In this document: positions 30,901 to 39,555 of the stretch, piece after piece
Layout: each line of letters opens with the position of its first letter
Position numbering within the stretch: the stretch's first letter is position 1
Assembly (NCBI GenBank): GCA_902388365.1
Contig: CABMPB010000002.1
Location: 242,683-306,682, forward strand
Length of the DNA: 64,000 nucleotides
DNA from: an uncultured Bacteroides sp.
Lineage (GTDB): Bacteria; Bacteroidota; Bacteroidia; Bacteroidales; Bacteroidaceae
Reading direction: 5' to 3'
Position numbers and translations under genes: made by a program
Notes under the pieces: model-generated
Seen by the model: only the letters and a program-made list of their open reading frames with translations
What the model was told of the DNA's origin: nothing
Database searches by the model: none

Positions 30901-31493
30901 ATGAAAGAGGAACAAATATGATTTCCAGCGGTGACAATACGTTGAATAATCCGGGCGACCGTAAAGTGATTGGTAATGAAACTCCTCGTTATCTTTATGG
31001 TATTAATCTGGGATTAAACTATAAGGGTTTTGATTTGAGTGTCTTCTTGCAGGGAACCGGTAAACGCGACAAATGGATTGCCAATACATTGACTTTCCCA
31101 TTGTACTCTGACTTTAAGTTTATTCCTTTATACAAAGGTTTGGGTGATTACTGGCAACCGGTAGATGCTGCCAATGGTGATTACACAGCAGTTAATCCTA
31201 ATGCTGAGTTCCCACGTATTTATGGCAACTATGGTAACCAAGCCTCTAATTACCGCCAGTCAGACAAGTACTTGTCTGATGCTTCTTATCTGCGTATCAA
31301 GAATGTTACTTTGTCATATACATTCCCCAAAGCATGGATTACCAAAATATCTTTGTCGCAGTTGCGTGCTTTTGTCAGTGTAGAAAATCTGGCAACATTC
31401 TCATCATTACCAAAAGGTATCGATCCGGAAACGCTGAAATGGGATTATCCCGCATTCCGCACAGTATCCTTTGGGCTTAATCTTACATTATAA
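27966..31493 (+). CDS. SusC/RagA-family TonB-linked receptor with an N-terminal STN signalling extension (trans-envelope transducer)
   Basis: 1175 aa with an N-terminal secretin/TonB STN domain (QVFHEIEKQTGYSFLVRNNDININEKVSIDVRNKSVEEVLEILF), CarbopepD_reg, plug and barrel. It is preceded by the ECF sigma / anti-sigma pair. Confidence 0.95.
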   Translation: MRKNFSKNHRGHWIPLVLVASFLLWGNVAMAALSIQEAKFSMRQNSISLNQVFHEIEKQTGYSFLVRNNDININEKVSIDVRNKSVEEVLEILFAGKNIRYKVEGERISVYKPQQARQSTITGLVLDAAKEPIIGASVVVIGSTNGCITDFDGKFSLEVSELPVKLQISYIGYKSQEVTVNDTKTIQVVMREDTETLDEVVVVGYGSQKKANLTGAVASVKMDEVIGNRPLSQAADALQGTVPGLFVSSDGNAPGKSKSFQIRGAYSVGIKNDDGSYGSAIKPLILIDNVEGDLDMVNPEDIETVTVLKDAASAAIYGARAAGGVILVTTKRPKGETSFQLNYNNNFAFATAMNLPEQAPLMEYLQAYSDAAGDQFWTMGSPSVSKWMGYLEQYRNNPSSIPTVGDGIFKDTDGAVYYMNEKDLVKNMLETSFQHTHNISMTGSTDKLRYRLSAGFIDNDGVLITDKDKYRRMNVSGFISANVTKWFTQEATFSYAHSKRMEPKSALGAVYSTRLASFYPEGNMPEGISAAGDGLPFFTPSNQIRWSNPAKTLYDNPRIFLKSILKPLKGLEIAFEYTFDKNIYDYNWYTGSVAYTTVQGGKDTTPTSDYLQKTKRYTDYNSINLYGTYDFALGDHKFKVMAGFNQESSYRETMEAYSYGQAVIEVPSLGSGTSTLKATDKYNEFSVRGGFFRVNYNYQDKYLLEVNGRYDGSSKFPKESRYGFFPSVSAGWNIAQEKFMESTQNWLGSLKLRASYGMIGNQNVPAYSFIPTMTVNNKYNGWISNGNYVTAITSIPSLVSRNFTWEKVGTLDIGIDFSMFSNRFTGTFDWYQRNTNGMLAPGVQLPAVVGADAPYQNTADMRTRGWELSFNWRDQIGKVGYRVGFNLSDSKSKIVKYDSNSSYLLSSERTNAQTGGKYTFWEFYKGKELGEIWGYETDGYYTVDDFVDTSSWKLKDGVPSIDGYNPRPGDVKFKNLMDDERGTNMISSGDNTLNNPGDRKVIGNETPRYLYGINLGLNYKGFDLSVFLQGTGKRDKWIANTLTFPLYSDFKFIPLYKGLGDYWQPVDAANGDYTAVNPNAEFPRIYGNYGNQASNYRQSDKYLSDASYLRIKNVTLSYTFPKAWITKISLSQLRAFVSVENLATFSSLPKGIDPETLKWDYPAFRTVSFGLNLTL

Positions 31494-31514
31494 ACCTTAA
31501 ATTAGTACGAGTAT

Positions 31515-33437
31515 ATGAAAAGACTATTTATAAGTTTAGCAATTCTCGCAGGAATTAGCCTCTCTAGCTGTAATGATAGTTTCTTGGAAAAGACTCCTGT
31601 TACAGACCTGACAGAGGATAATGCATTCAATTCCTACGATAACTTCAAGGCCTTTATGTGGCCTTGCTATGAGATGTTTACGAATAAGACTATTCGCACT
31701 TCCTTACAAGGATTCGGACAGGACGGACAGTATAAGGGCGATATGGCAGCAGGATACTTTCAGCAAAAATATGAAAGTGGCTACAATGAATTTGCTTATC
31801 AGACAGTTGCCAGTGTAGCATCCGGCAATGGTTGGGATTTCAAATCATTTATCCGGCGTGTCAATATCATGCTTTCACACATTGATAATTCTAGCATGAC
31901 AGAGGCTCAGAAAGACCACTGGCGTGCAGTAGGATACTTTTTCCATTCTTTCTGGTATATGGAATTGATAGATCGTTTTGGCGATGTGCCTTGGGTAGAT
32001 CAGGTATTGCAGGAAGATTCTCCCGAAGCCTATGGACCTCGTGTGGATAGAAAAACCGTAGCCGACAAGGTATTGGAACGTCTGCAATGGGCGGAACAGA
32101 ATATTGGAAATTTCACATCACAGGATGGGGACAACACGATTAACCAAGATTGTGTACGTGCTGCTATTTCGCGTTTCGGATTACGTGAAGGTACATGGAG
32201 GAAATATCATGAATTGGGTGATGCTGAAAAATATCTGCAAGAGTGTGTACGAGCATCCGAGTTATTAATGGCCGCTTATCCTACTCTTTACACAGGAACA
32301 GACGGGCAACCCGGTGCCGGATATGGTGAAATGTGGACAACAGAGGATTTGGGACAAGTTCCGGGTATCATTCTCTATAAATCTTATGTGACGGATATAA
32401 ACCCTATGGGCATGAGTTATATTGAGCATACTTCTTCACACTATGTAGAGATGAACCAGAATACGGTAGATCTTTATTTGATGAAGAACGGTAAGCCGAT
32501 TTTGGGTGACGGCTCAGGTTATCATGGAAATAAAGACATGTATGCAGTATTCCGTGACCGTGACCCGCGTTTGTATCACACTGTTATACCTCCTTATAAA
32601 GTAAAATCCGGAGAAGGAGATTATCCTACATGGTCGTACACAGATAATCCGGCAGACCGTGAATATATTGATATTATGGGAGCAAATGAAAGTTGCAGTA
32701 ACCCGGGTATTGGCATGAAACGTTTGCCCGGGCAGAACTGGAGTGCATCACTTGTACCTGAAATACCAAGATTGGGTACCGGAGCATTTGTGACTTGCCG
32801 TTCAGGCTACTATGTATGGAAGAATTGGGATAACTGGGAAACCAGCTTTAATAATGGTAACCTGAATACAGCTGACAAACCTATTTTCAAAATTGAAGAA
32901 GTTCTGTTGAATGAGGCAGAAGCTAAATTTGAATTGGGAGCATTTAATCAGGGAATTGCAGACCAAACAATCAATAAGCTGCGTGACCGTGTCGGTGTTG
33001 CAAAAATGGTAGTAGCCGATATTAATGATAGCTTTGATCCTAATCGTGGAAAATACTATCCTAAAGGTAATACAAGCGGCATTCAGGTTGATCCTGTTTT
33101 GTGGGAGATCCGTCGTGAACGTATTATTGAGTTAATGGGTGAAGGATTTGGTTTTTATGATGTACGTCGTTGGCGCATGGCTCCATGGTTCCTCAATCAA
33201 CCGGCAACAGGCTTATGGATGACAAAGGAAGAGGCTGTAGCCAATGGTATGACTCTGTACAATCCTGCAACAGGTTATTCTGACGGAACCAGCGGTTCAA
33301 TGACAGAAGGTAATCTTTATCTTTTCAATGATCCTTTGAAAGAAGGAAAAGGCTGGTTGGATAAATATTATTTATATCAGGTTCCGACTACTGAAATATT
33401 GCTGAATCCTGAATTGGAACAGAATCCGGGCTGGTAA
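31515..33437 (+). CDS. SusD/RagB-family lipoprotein
   Basis: 640 aa with a lipobox (LSSCNDSF). It lies downstream of susC. Confidence 0.9.
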   Translation: MKRLFISLAILAGISLSSCNDSFLEKTPVTDLTEDNAFNSYDNFKAFMWPCYEMFTNKTIRTSLQGFGQDGQYKGDMAAGYFQQKYESGYNEFAYQTVASVASGNGWDFKSFIRRVNIMLSHIDNSSMTEAQKDHWRAVGYFFHSFWYMELIDRFGDVPWVDQVLQEDSPEAYGPRVDRKTVADKVLERLQWAEQNIGNFTSQDGDNTINQDCVRAAISRFGLREGTWRKYHELGDAEKYLQECVRASELLMAAYPTLYTGTDGQPGAGYGEMWTTEDLGQVPGIILYKSYVTDINPMGMSYIEHTSSHYVEMNQNTVDLYLMKNGKPILGDGSGYHGNKDMYAVFRDRDPRLYHTVIPPYKVKSGEGDYPTWSYTDNPADREYIDIMGANESCSNPGIGMKRLPGQNWSASLVPEIPRLGTGAFVTCRSGYYVWKNWDNWETSFNNGNLNTADKPIFKIEEVLLNEAEAKFELGAFNQGIADQTINKLRDRVGVAKMVVADINDSFDPNRGKYYPKGNTSGIQVDPVLWEIRRERIIELMGEGFGFYDVRRWRMAPWFLNQPATGLWMTKEEAVANGMTLYNPATGYSDGTSGSMTEGNLYLFNDPLKEGKGWLDKYYLYQVPTTEILLNPELEQNPGW

Positions 33438-33528
33438 TTTTTAGTGATATACTGACGAGGCCGTCTCAATACGGAATATGGTATGGGGCGGCCTTGCTTG
33501 GCTTTTAAACTGTAAATTCTATGCGAAT

Positions 33529-34950
33529 ATGAAATACCGGAAAATATGGTTTGGCGCTACTTTACTGTGTACAGCAGGAATACAGCAAGCATTTTCTGCC
33601 GAAACGGATGCGAAGAACAAACCTAATATTGTTTTTATTTTAGCTGATGATTTGGGCTGGACTGATCTGGGGGTAATGGGAAGTGACTATTATGAAACCC
33701 CTCATATAGACCGTCTTGCTGCAGAAGGATTGCTTTTTGACAATGCTTATGCGGCAGCAGCCAATTCAGCTCCTAGCCGTGCCTGCATGATGACTGGCAT
33801 GTACACTCCCCGTCACGGGGTATTTACCGTGAGCCCACCCGACCGTGGTGACCGGACAAAACGGAAATTGATACCGATAGCCAATACAGATGATGTGCGT
33901 GCTGACTTTGTTACGATGGCAGAAGCCCTCCGGCAACAAGGCTACCAATGTGGGCATATCGGTAAATGGCATTTGGGAGATGATGCTGATGGTACAGGTC
34001 CGCTTTCACAGGGTTTTATTTGGAATGTAGGAGGAAACAGGGCAGGTGCTCCCTATTCTTATTTCTATCCCTATTGCCTGCCCAATAAAAGTAAATGCCA
34101 TTTGGGACTGGATGAAGGAAAGCCGGGCGAATACCTTACGGATCGTTTGACTGATGAGGCAATCTCTTTTATGAAATCTCATAAAGAAGGACCATTTTTC
34201 CTGCATCTTTCTCATCACGCCGTGCATACTGCCTTACAGGCGCCGGATTCATTGGTTGCCAAGTATCGTAATAAAACTCCCGGCAAATATCATACAAATC
34301 CGGTATATGCTGCTATGATTGAGAAACTGGATGACAGTGTGGGGAAGATATGCCAGACCGTTGAGGATTTAGGTATAGCTGATCATACAATTATTGTTTT
34401 TTATTCGGACAATGGAGGCTCTGAGCCGGTAACAGACAACTATCCGCTGAATGGAGGAAAAGGAATGCCTTATGAAGGGGGCAGTCGTGTTCCTTTAATT
34501 ATAAAATGGGTGGACAAAATAGAGCCGGGCAGCCGTTCATCTATTCCTGTAACCGGAGTGGATTTTTATCCTACTTTTGTAACTTTGGCGCATGGTGACG
34601 TTGCGACAAATCTTGATGGAAAGGACATTTTTACGCTTGTGGCAAAGAATGATATGGATCGGGACCTATTCTGGCATTTTCCTGCCTATTTGGAATCTTA
34701 TTTGAATGGAGGGAAATCTTTCCGTGCCAAGCCCTACTCCAGTATTCGTTCAGGTAACTGGAAGTTGATTTATAATTATGAGGATAAATCAATGGAGTTA
34801 TTCAACTTAAAAGAAGATTTGGGTGAATCAAAGAATCTGTCAGAGTCTTATCCGGGGAAACGCGAAGAACTTTATCGGAAATTAATGAACTGGATTGAAG
34901 ATACTCATGCCCCTATCCCTACCGAGCTGAATCCATATTATCAAGAATAA
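33529..34950 (+). CDS. S1-family sulfatase, Ser-type formylglycine motif
   Basis: Signal peptide, DDLGWTD metal site and a sulfatase signature SAPSRACMMTGMY (S-x-P-x-R with Ser at the FGly position). The start is placed at ATG 33529 (MKYRKIWFG); the track ORF begins at 33478. Confidence 0.9.
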   Translation: MKYRKIWFGATLLCTAGIQQAFSAETDAKNKPNIVFILADDLGWTDLGVMGSDYYETPHIDRLAAEGLLFDNAYAAAANSAPSRACMMTGMYTPRHGVFTVSPPDRGDRTKRKLIPIANTDDVRADFVTMAEALRQQGYQCGHIGKWHLGDDADGTGPLSQGFIWNVGGNRAGAPYSYFYPYCLPNKSKCHLGLDEGKPGEYLTDRLTDEAISFMKSHKEGPFFLHLSHHAVHTALQAPDSLVAKYRNKTPGKYHTNPVYAAMIEKLDDSVGKICQTVEDLGIADHTIIVFYSDNGGSEPVTDNYPLNGGKGMPYEGGSRVPLIIKWVDKIEPGSRSSIPVTGVDFYPTFVTLAHGDVATNLDGKDIFTLVAKNDMDRDLFWHFPAYLESYLNGGKSFRAKPYSSIRSGNWKLIYNYEDKSMELFNLKEDLGESKNLSESYPGKREELYRKLMNWIEDTHAPIPTELNPYYQE

Positions 34951-35053
34951 GAATGGATATTCCTTTTATAGCTTTTGCTATCCGGAATATTTTCTATAAA
35001 TTGCCGATGCTTATAATTCAAATGATAACTAACACGTAATGAATATACATATT

Positions 35054-36583
35054 ATGAAAAATCGAAATCTTTTTTTGTTAAGTACTGGGCTTGTACTCAC
35101 CGCTTCGGGTGCCTATGCCCAGAAAACACCTAAGCCGAATATCATTTATATCATGTGTGATGACATGGGCTATGGTGACTTGGGTTGCTATGGCCAGCCT
35201 TATATCAGTACGCCGAACATTGATAATATGGCGAAAGAAGGTATGCGTTTTACTCAGGCGTATGCCGGAAGTCCGGTAAGTGCTCCTTCACGTGCTTCAT
35301 TTATGACCGGACAGCATTCGGGACACTGCGAGGTACGCGGTAATAAGGAATATTGGCGAAATGTGCCGATGGTGAAATATGGTGATAATGAGGATTTCTC
35401 TGTAGTAGGGCAGCATCCTTATGATCCCGACCATGTGATTATTCCCGAAATCATGAAAGATAATGGTTATACTACCGGTATGTTCGGCAAATGGGCAGGC
35501 GGTTATGAAGGTTCTGTTTCAACTCCTGACAAGCGGGGTATTGATGAATATTATGGTTATATTTGCCAATTCCAGGCGCATCTTTATTATCCTAATTTCT
35601 TGAATCGGTATAGCAAATCCATGGGCGATACGGCAGTAGTACGTGTAGTGATGGATGAGAATATTAAATATCCCATGTTTGGTAAGGAATACTTCAAGCG
35701 TCCTCAGTATTCGGCAGATATGATTCACGAAGAAGCTATGAAATGGCTGGATAAGCAGGATGGCAAACAGCCGTTCTTTGGTATCTTTACCTACACTTTA
35801 CCTCATGCTGAGTTGGCACAGCCGGAAGATTCTATCCTGACAGGTTATCAGAAAAAGTTTTTTGTAGATAAGACTTGGGGCGGTTCGGAAGGTTCCCGTT
35901 ATAATGCTTCTGTTCATACGCATGCTCAGTTTGCCGGAATGATTACCCGTTTGGACTATTATGTGGGCGAAGTGATGAAAAAGTTGAAAGAGAAAGGTTT
36001 GGATGAAAATACCATTGTTATCTTTACCAGTGATAATGGCCCTCACGAAGAAGGAGGTGCAGATCCTACATTTTTCGGACGTGACGGTAAGTTGCGTGGA
36101 TTGAAGCGCCAGTGTTATGAAGGTGGTATCCGCATTCCGTTCATCGTCCGCTGGCCGGGTAAAGTGGCTGCCGGAACAGTGAATGATCATCAGTGTGCTT
36201 TCTATGATTTGATGCCTACTTTCTGTGATATTATCGGTGTGAAGAATTATATCAAGAAGTATGGCAACAAGAAGAAAAAGGAAACAGATTATTTTGACGG
36301 TATTTCTATCATGCCAACTCTGTTAGGCCAGGAAGGTCAGAAAGAACATGATTTTCTTTATTGGGAATTTGATGAGACCGATCAGATTGGCGTCCGCGTA
36401 GGTGATTGGAAGATGGTGGTGAAGAAGGGAAAGCCGTTCCTCTACAATCTCGCTACAGACATTCATGAAGATCATGATGTAGCGGCACAGCATCCTGATA
36501 TTGTGAAACAAATGAAAGATATTATCAAGTCGCAACATACGCCCAATCCTAATTTCTCGGTGACGTTACCAGAGTTTGATTAA
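35054..36583 (+). CDS. S1-family sulfatase, Ser-type formylglycine motif
   Basis: Signal peptide, CDDMGYGDLGCYG and SAPSRASFMTGQH. The start is placed at ATG 35054 (MKNRNLF); the track ORF begins at 35039. Confidence 0.9.
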   Translation: MKNRNLFLLSTGLVLTASGAYAQKTPKPNIIYIMCDDMGYGDLGCYGQPYISTPNIDNMAKEGMRFTQAYAGSPVSAPSRASFMTGQHSGHCEVRGNKEYWRNVPMVKYGDNEDFSVVGQHPYDPDHVIIPEIMKDNGYTTGMFGKWAGGYEGSVSTPDKRGIDEYYGYICQFQAHLYYPNFLNRYSKSMGDTAVVRVVMDENIKYPMFGKEYFKRPQYSADMIHEEAMKWLDKQDGKQPFFGIFTYTLPHAELAQPEDSILTGYQKKFFVDKTWGGSEGSRYNASVHTHAQFAGMITRLDYYVGEVMKKLKEKGLDENTIVIFTSDNGPHEEGGADPTFFGRDGKLRGLKRQCYEGGIRIPFIVRWPGKVAAGTVNDHQCAFYDLMPTFCDIIGVKNYIKKYGNKKKKETDYFDGISIMPTLLGQEGQKEHDFLYWEFDETDQIGVRVGDWKMVVKKGKPFLYNLATDIHEDHDVAAQHPDIVKQMKDIIKSQHTPNPNFSVTLPEFD

Positions 36584-36602
36584 GAAAAATGCTATGATAA
36601 TT

Positions 36603-36640
36603 CCCCAGTCCATTCATTTAGGCTGGGGAATATTTTTTTA
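36603..36640 (+). terminator. Rho-independent terminator after the sulfatase gene
   Basis: CCCCAG-loop-CTGGGG followed by a T-run (AATATTTTTTTA). Confidence 0.55.
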
Positions 36641-36837
36641 TATAAAGGAAAGCTGTTATCTTTGCCCTCGCAAATTTAAAAACACTCCGATGAGAATCTA
36701 AAACATTCATTTCCATACAACTATTCATTTTCATGTTGGGACGGCAGGCGAAGCGATTTCGTTTGTTGCGTAATAGTTGTCTTCTAATCCTAACTACACG
36801 CATTTCAGTATTAACATTTTAAATCTTTAGAAACAGT

Positions 36838-38427
36838 ATGAGTATACATGTACAGTCCATTACTTACATGCATCCGGATAAAGACGTGCTTTTCAGCAAC
36901 GTCAGTTTTTCTATCAGTAAAGGTGAGAAGATCGCCCTCATCGGAAATAACGGTTCAGGAAAGTCTACTTTGATGCAACTGATAACAAAAGAGTTATCAC
37001 CCTCCGAAGGACAGATTGTTTGCCTGGAGGCACCTTATTATATTCCGCAGCATTTCGGACAATTCAATCACTTGACAGTTGCCGGGGCATTGCGGATAGA
37101 GACTAAGTTACAAGCACTTCATGCCATATTGCAAGGAGATGCTTCAGTGGATAATTTTACAGCATTGGCAGATGATTGGGAGGTAGAGGAAAGAGCCATT
37201 GCCGCCTTGCATGAATGGGGATTGCCGGAAGTGCCCCTCTCCCATTCGATGCATTTGCTGAGTGGTGGCGAAAAGACCAAAGTATTTTTGGCAGGAATCA
37301 CTATACATTCTCCTTCTTGTATACTGATGGATGAACCGACCAATCATTTGGACAATGCAAGCAGAGAGAAATTGTATCGCTTTATTGCCACTACCCCATC
37401 TGCTTTGATGATTGTCAGCCATGACCGCACATTGCTCAATCTTCTTTCTTCTACTTATGAACTCACAGCCGGGGGCGTAACTTATTATGCCGGAAACTAT
37501 GACTTTTATAAAGAACAAAAGGAATTGGCTGTTCAGGCTTTGCAAGCCCGATTGGAGGAAAGTGAAAAGCAATTGCAGAAGGCTCGGAAGCAGGCACGTG
37601 AAGTAATGGAACGCCAACAAAAGCATGATGCGCGTGGCAAGAAACAGAATATAAAGAAAGGAGTGGGAAAAATGGCAATGGATACGCTTCAGGATAAAGC
37701 CGAAAAGAGTACAGTCCGTTTGGGCAATGTACATGCCGATAAAATCCAGTTCATAACCCAGAGCGCAACGGAACTTCGGAAGGCATTGCCCGATATAAAA
37801 GCAATGAAGGTGGATTTCAATTCTTCTTCCCTGCACACGGGCAAGACACTAATTGCAGCCTCTAACCTCAATTATGCGTATAAGGAAACCCCGTTATGGG
37901 CATCTCCCCTTGATTTTACCATCAAGAGTGGTGATCGCATTCATTTAAGGGGTGGTAATGGTAGTGGAAAAACAACTTTATTAAAGCTGATAACCGGAGC
38001 CCTTTCTCCCACTCAAGGTACATTGACAAGAGCGGATGGTCTGACTTATGTCTACCTTGATCAGGAATATTCCATTATTCATGATGATTTATCAGTATTG
38101 GAACAACTTTCTGCATTCAGCAACGGACTTTATGACCATGAGTTGAAAACGATCCTTAATCGTTTTCTATTCCCTGTTTCTGCCTGGGATAAGAAGTGCA
38201 GTTGCCTGAGTGGCGGGGAAAAGATGAAACTGTCCCTTTGCTGCCTGATGGTAAGTGCGCAGACTCCCGATATATTCATTGTGGATGAACCGACCAATAA
38301 CATTGATATTACGAATATGGAGATATTAACGGAGACTTTGAAAAGCTATCAAGGCACCTTGTTAGTAGTTAGCCATGATGCCTATTTTGCCCGGCAGATT
38401 GGGGTAGATCAGGTGATCATTTTATAA
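36838..38427 (+). CDS. ABC-F family ATPase (two ABC domains, no transmembrane domain)
   Basis: 529 aa. It has two Walker A sites (GNNGSGKST; GGNGSGKTT), two LSGGE signatures and a charged coiled-coil linker (QKARKQAREVMERQQKHDARGKKQ). Confidence 0.85.
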   Translation: MSIHVQSITYMHPDKDVLFSNVSFSISKGEKIALIGNNGSGKSTLMQLITKELSPSEGQIVCLEAPYYIPQHFGQFNHLTVAGALRIETKLQALHAILQGDASVDNFTALADDWEVEERAIAALHEWGLPEVPLSHSMHLLSGGEKTKVFLAGITIHSPSCILMDEPTNHLDNASREKLYRFIATTPSALMIVSHDRTLLNLLSSTYELTAGGVTYYAGNYDFYKEQKELAVQALQARLEESEKQLQKARKQAREVMERQQKHDARGKKQNIKKGVGKMAMDTLQDKAEKSTVRLGNVHADKIQFITQSATELRKALPDIKAMKVDFNSSSLHTGKTLIAASNLNYAYKETPLWASPLDFTIKSGDRIHLRGGNGSGKTTLLKLITGALSPTQGTLTRADGLTYVYLDQEYSIIHDDLSVLEQLSAFSNGLYDHELKTILNRFLFPVSAWDKKCSCLSGGEKMKLSLCCLMVSAQTPDIFIVDEPTNNIDITNMEILTETLKSYQGTLLVVSHDAYFARQIGVDQVIIL

Positions 38428-38439
38428 GGCAGTGTACGG

Positions 38440-38498
38440 CTGTGACATTTTTGTTTCATTTATAGATATTATACCTGTAAAAACGAAAATGTCACAGT
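38440..38498. terminator. Bidirectional hairpin between convergent ABC-F and bla genes
   Basis: CTGTGACATTTT-(34 nt)-AAAATGTCACAG, a 12-bp inverted repeat. Confidence 0.45.
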
Positions 38499-38548
38499 CT
38501 CCGTTGTCGGTTGTTTTGTTTTCAGAAGAATCTGTATCAACAAGGATC

Positions 38549-39478
38549 TTATTTAACCTGCCGATAAACCACCTCCGAAATATCTGCAATGATTTGTGAA
38601 CTCATTAACTCGCTCTCCTCCGAGTCTTTCACAAATACGGCAATGGTGTAGCGGTTTCCATTTGGGAGAAGAACGAAACCTATGTCGTTAGTTCCGATAA
38701 GTTGTCCTTTGGCGTTACGATCTCCTGTTCCGGTTTTATGCCCGATGATGGCTTCTGTTCCTTGCAATGGCCGGGCAAGCCGGTTCTTTCCGGTCTCGCA
38801 TTCGGTCAGGGTGCGCTTAATAAACTCTTGGTAGTCGTCGTTGAATAACTTCCGGGTGAGCAGGATTTCCATCAGGCGTGCGGCCTCCAATGGTGAGCTC
38901 CAGTTGTTGTAACATACATTCATATCCTGGTGCATATCATCTTCCGTTGCCACAATGGCAAATTGTTCTATGCCCAAAGAACGGATATAGTCATCGGCAA
39001 CTTTGGGACCGCCTATATAATTGAAAAGAATATCGCACGCATTATTATCGCTCAACTGAAGGGTATAAGTCAATAATTCGCTGATAGGTAGCGAAATATT
39101 TCCTTCCGGGAATTTATCACGTAGCGGACTGTAGGTGTTTGTTTTCAAATCCTCTTTGGTGATTTTGATTTCTGTACTGAGAGGCAGGTTATTCTGTTGG
39201 AGATAATTGGCAACAGCCAATGCCTGATAGAACTTGAAAACGCTCATCATGGGATAAGGGCGGTCATTATTTATGATGATGGTATCTTTTCCATTCAGAA
39301 TAACGGCTACTCCTACTTGTGCTTTCTTATTTTCGATGATTTTACGGATAGAGGCCTCTAAGTTTACTTCCTTTGAGGTATCGGAAGCTGTATTCCCTAT
39401 CTCTAAAGTAGCTTGGGAATATCCTCCAAGAGAATAAACAGCTACAAGTATCCATATAATGAAAAATCTTATATTCAT
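38549..39478 (-). CDS. Class A beta-lactamase, CepA-like (Bacteroides chromosomal cephalosporinase family)
   Basis: 309 aa with a signal peptide. All class A catalytic motifs are intact: S70xxK (MMSVFKF), S130DN (QLSDNNACD), the E166..N170 omega loop (ATEDDMHQDMN) and K234TG (GHKTGTG). Recalled similarity to the B. fragilis CepA sequence (recalled, not aligned). Confidence 0.9.
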   Translation of the reverse strand: MNIRFFIIWILVAVYSLGGYSQATLEIGNTASDTSKEVNLEASIRKIIENKKAQVGVAVILNGKDTIIINNDRPYPMMSVFKFYQALAVANYLQQNNLPLSTEIKITKEDLKTNTYSPLRDKFPEGNISLPISELLTYTLQLSDNNACDILFNYIGGPKVADDYIRSLGIEQFAIVATEDDMHQDMNVCYNNWSSPLEAARLMEILLTRKLFNDDYQEFIKRTLTECETGKNRLARPLQGTEAIIGHKTGTGDRNAKGQLIGTNDIGFVLLPNGNRYTIAVFVKDSEESELMSSQIIADISEVVYRQVK

Positions 39479-39499
39479 TGGTTTTATAATTATTGTTCT

Positions 39500-39545
39500 G
39501 CCGGATGCAAAAGTAACAATTTGATTATAAAGCGCAATGAATATA
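39500..39545 (-). promoter_or_regulatory. Putative own promoter of bla (TActTTTG -7 box)
   Basis: On the minus strand TACTTTTG lies about 30 nt upstream of the bla ATG (plus-strand CAAAAGTA at 39508-39515). Confidence 0.25.
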
Positions 39546-39555
39546 AGATAACTAT

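Noticed and set aside
37144-37836. 230-aa minus-strand ORF overlapping the ABC-F gene
   Set aside because: It is fully antisense to a gene with double Walker A and signature motifs. The composition is Cys/His/Phe-rich nonsense.
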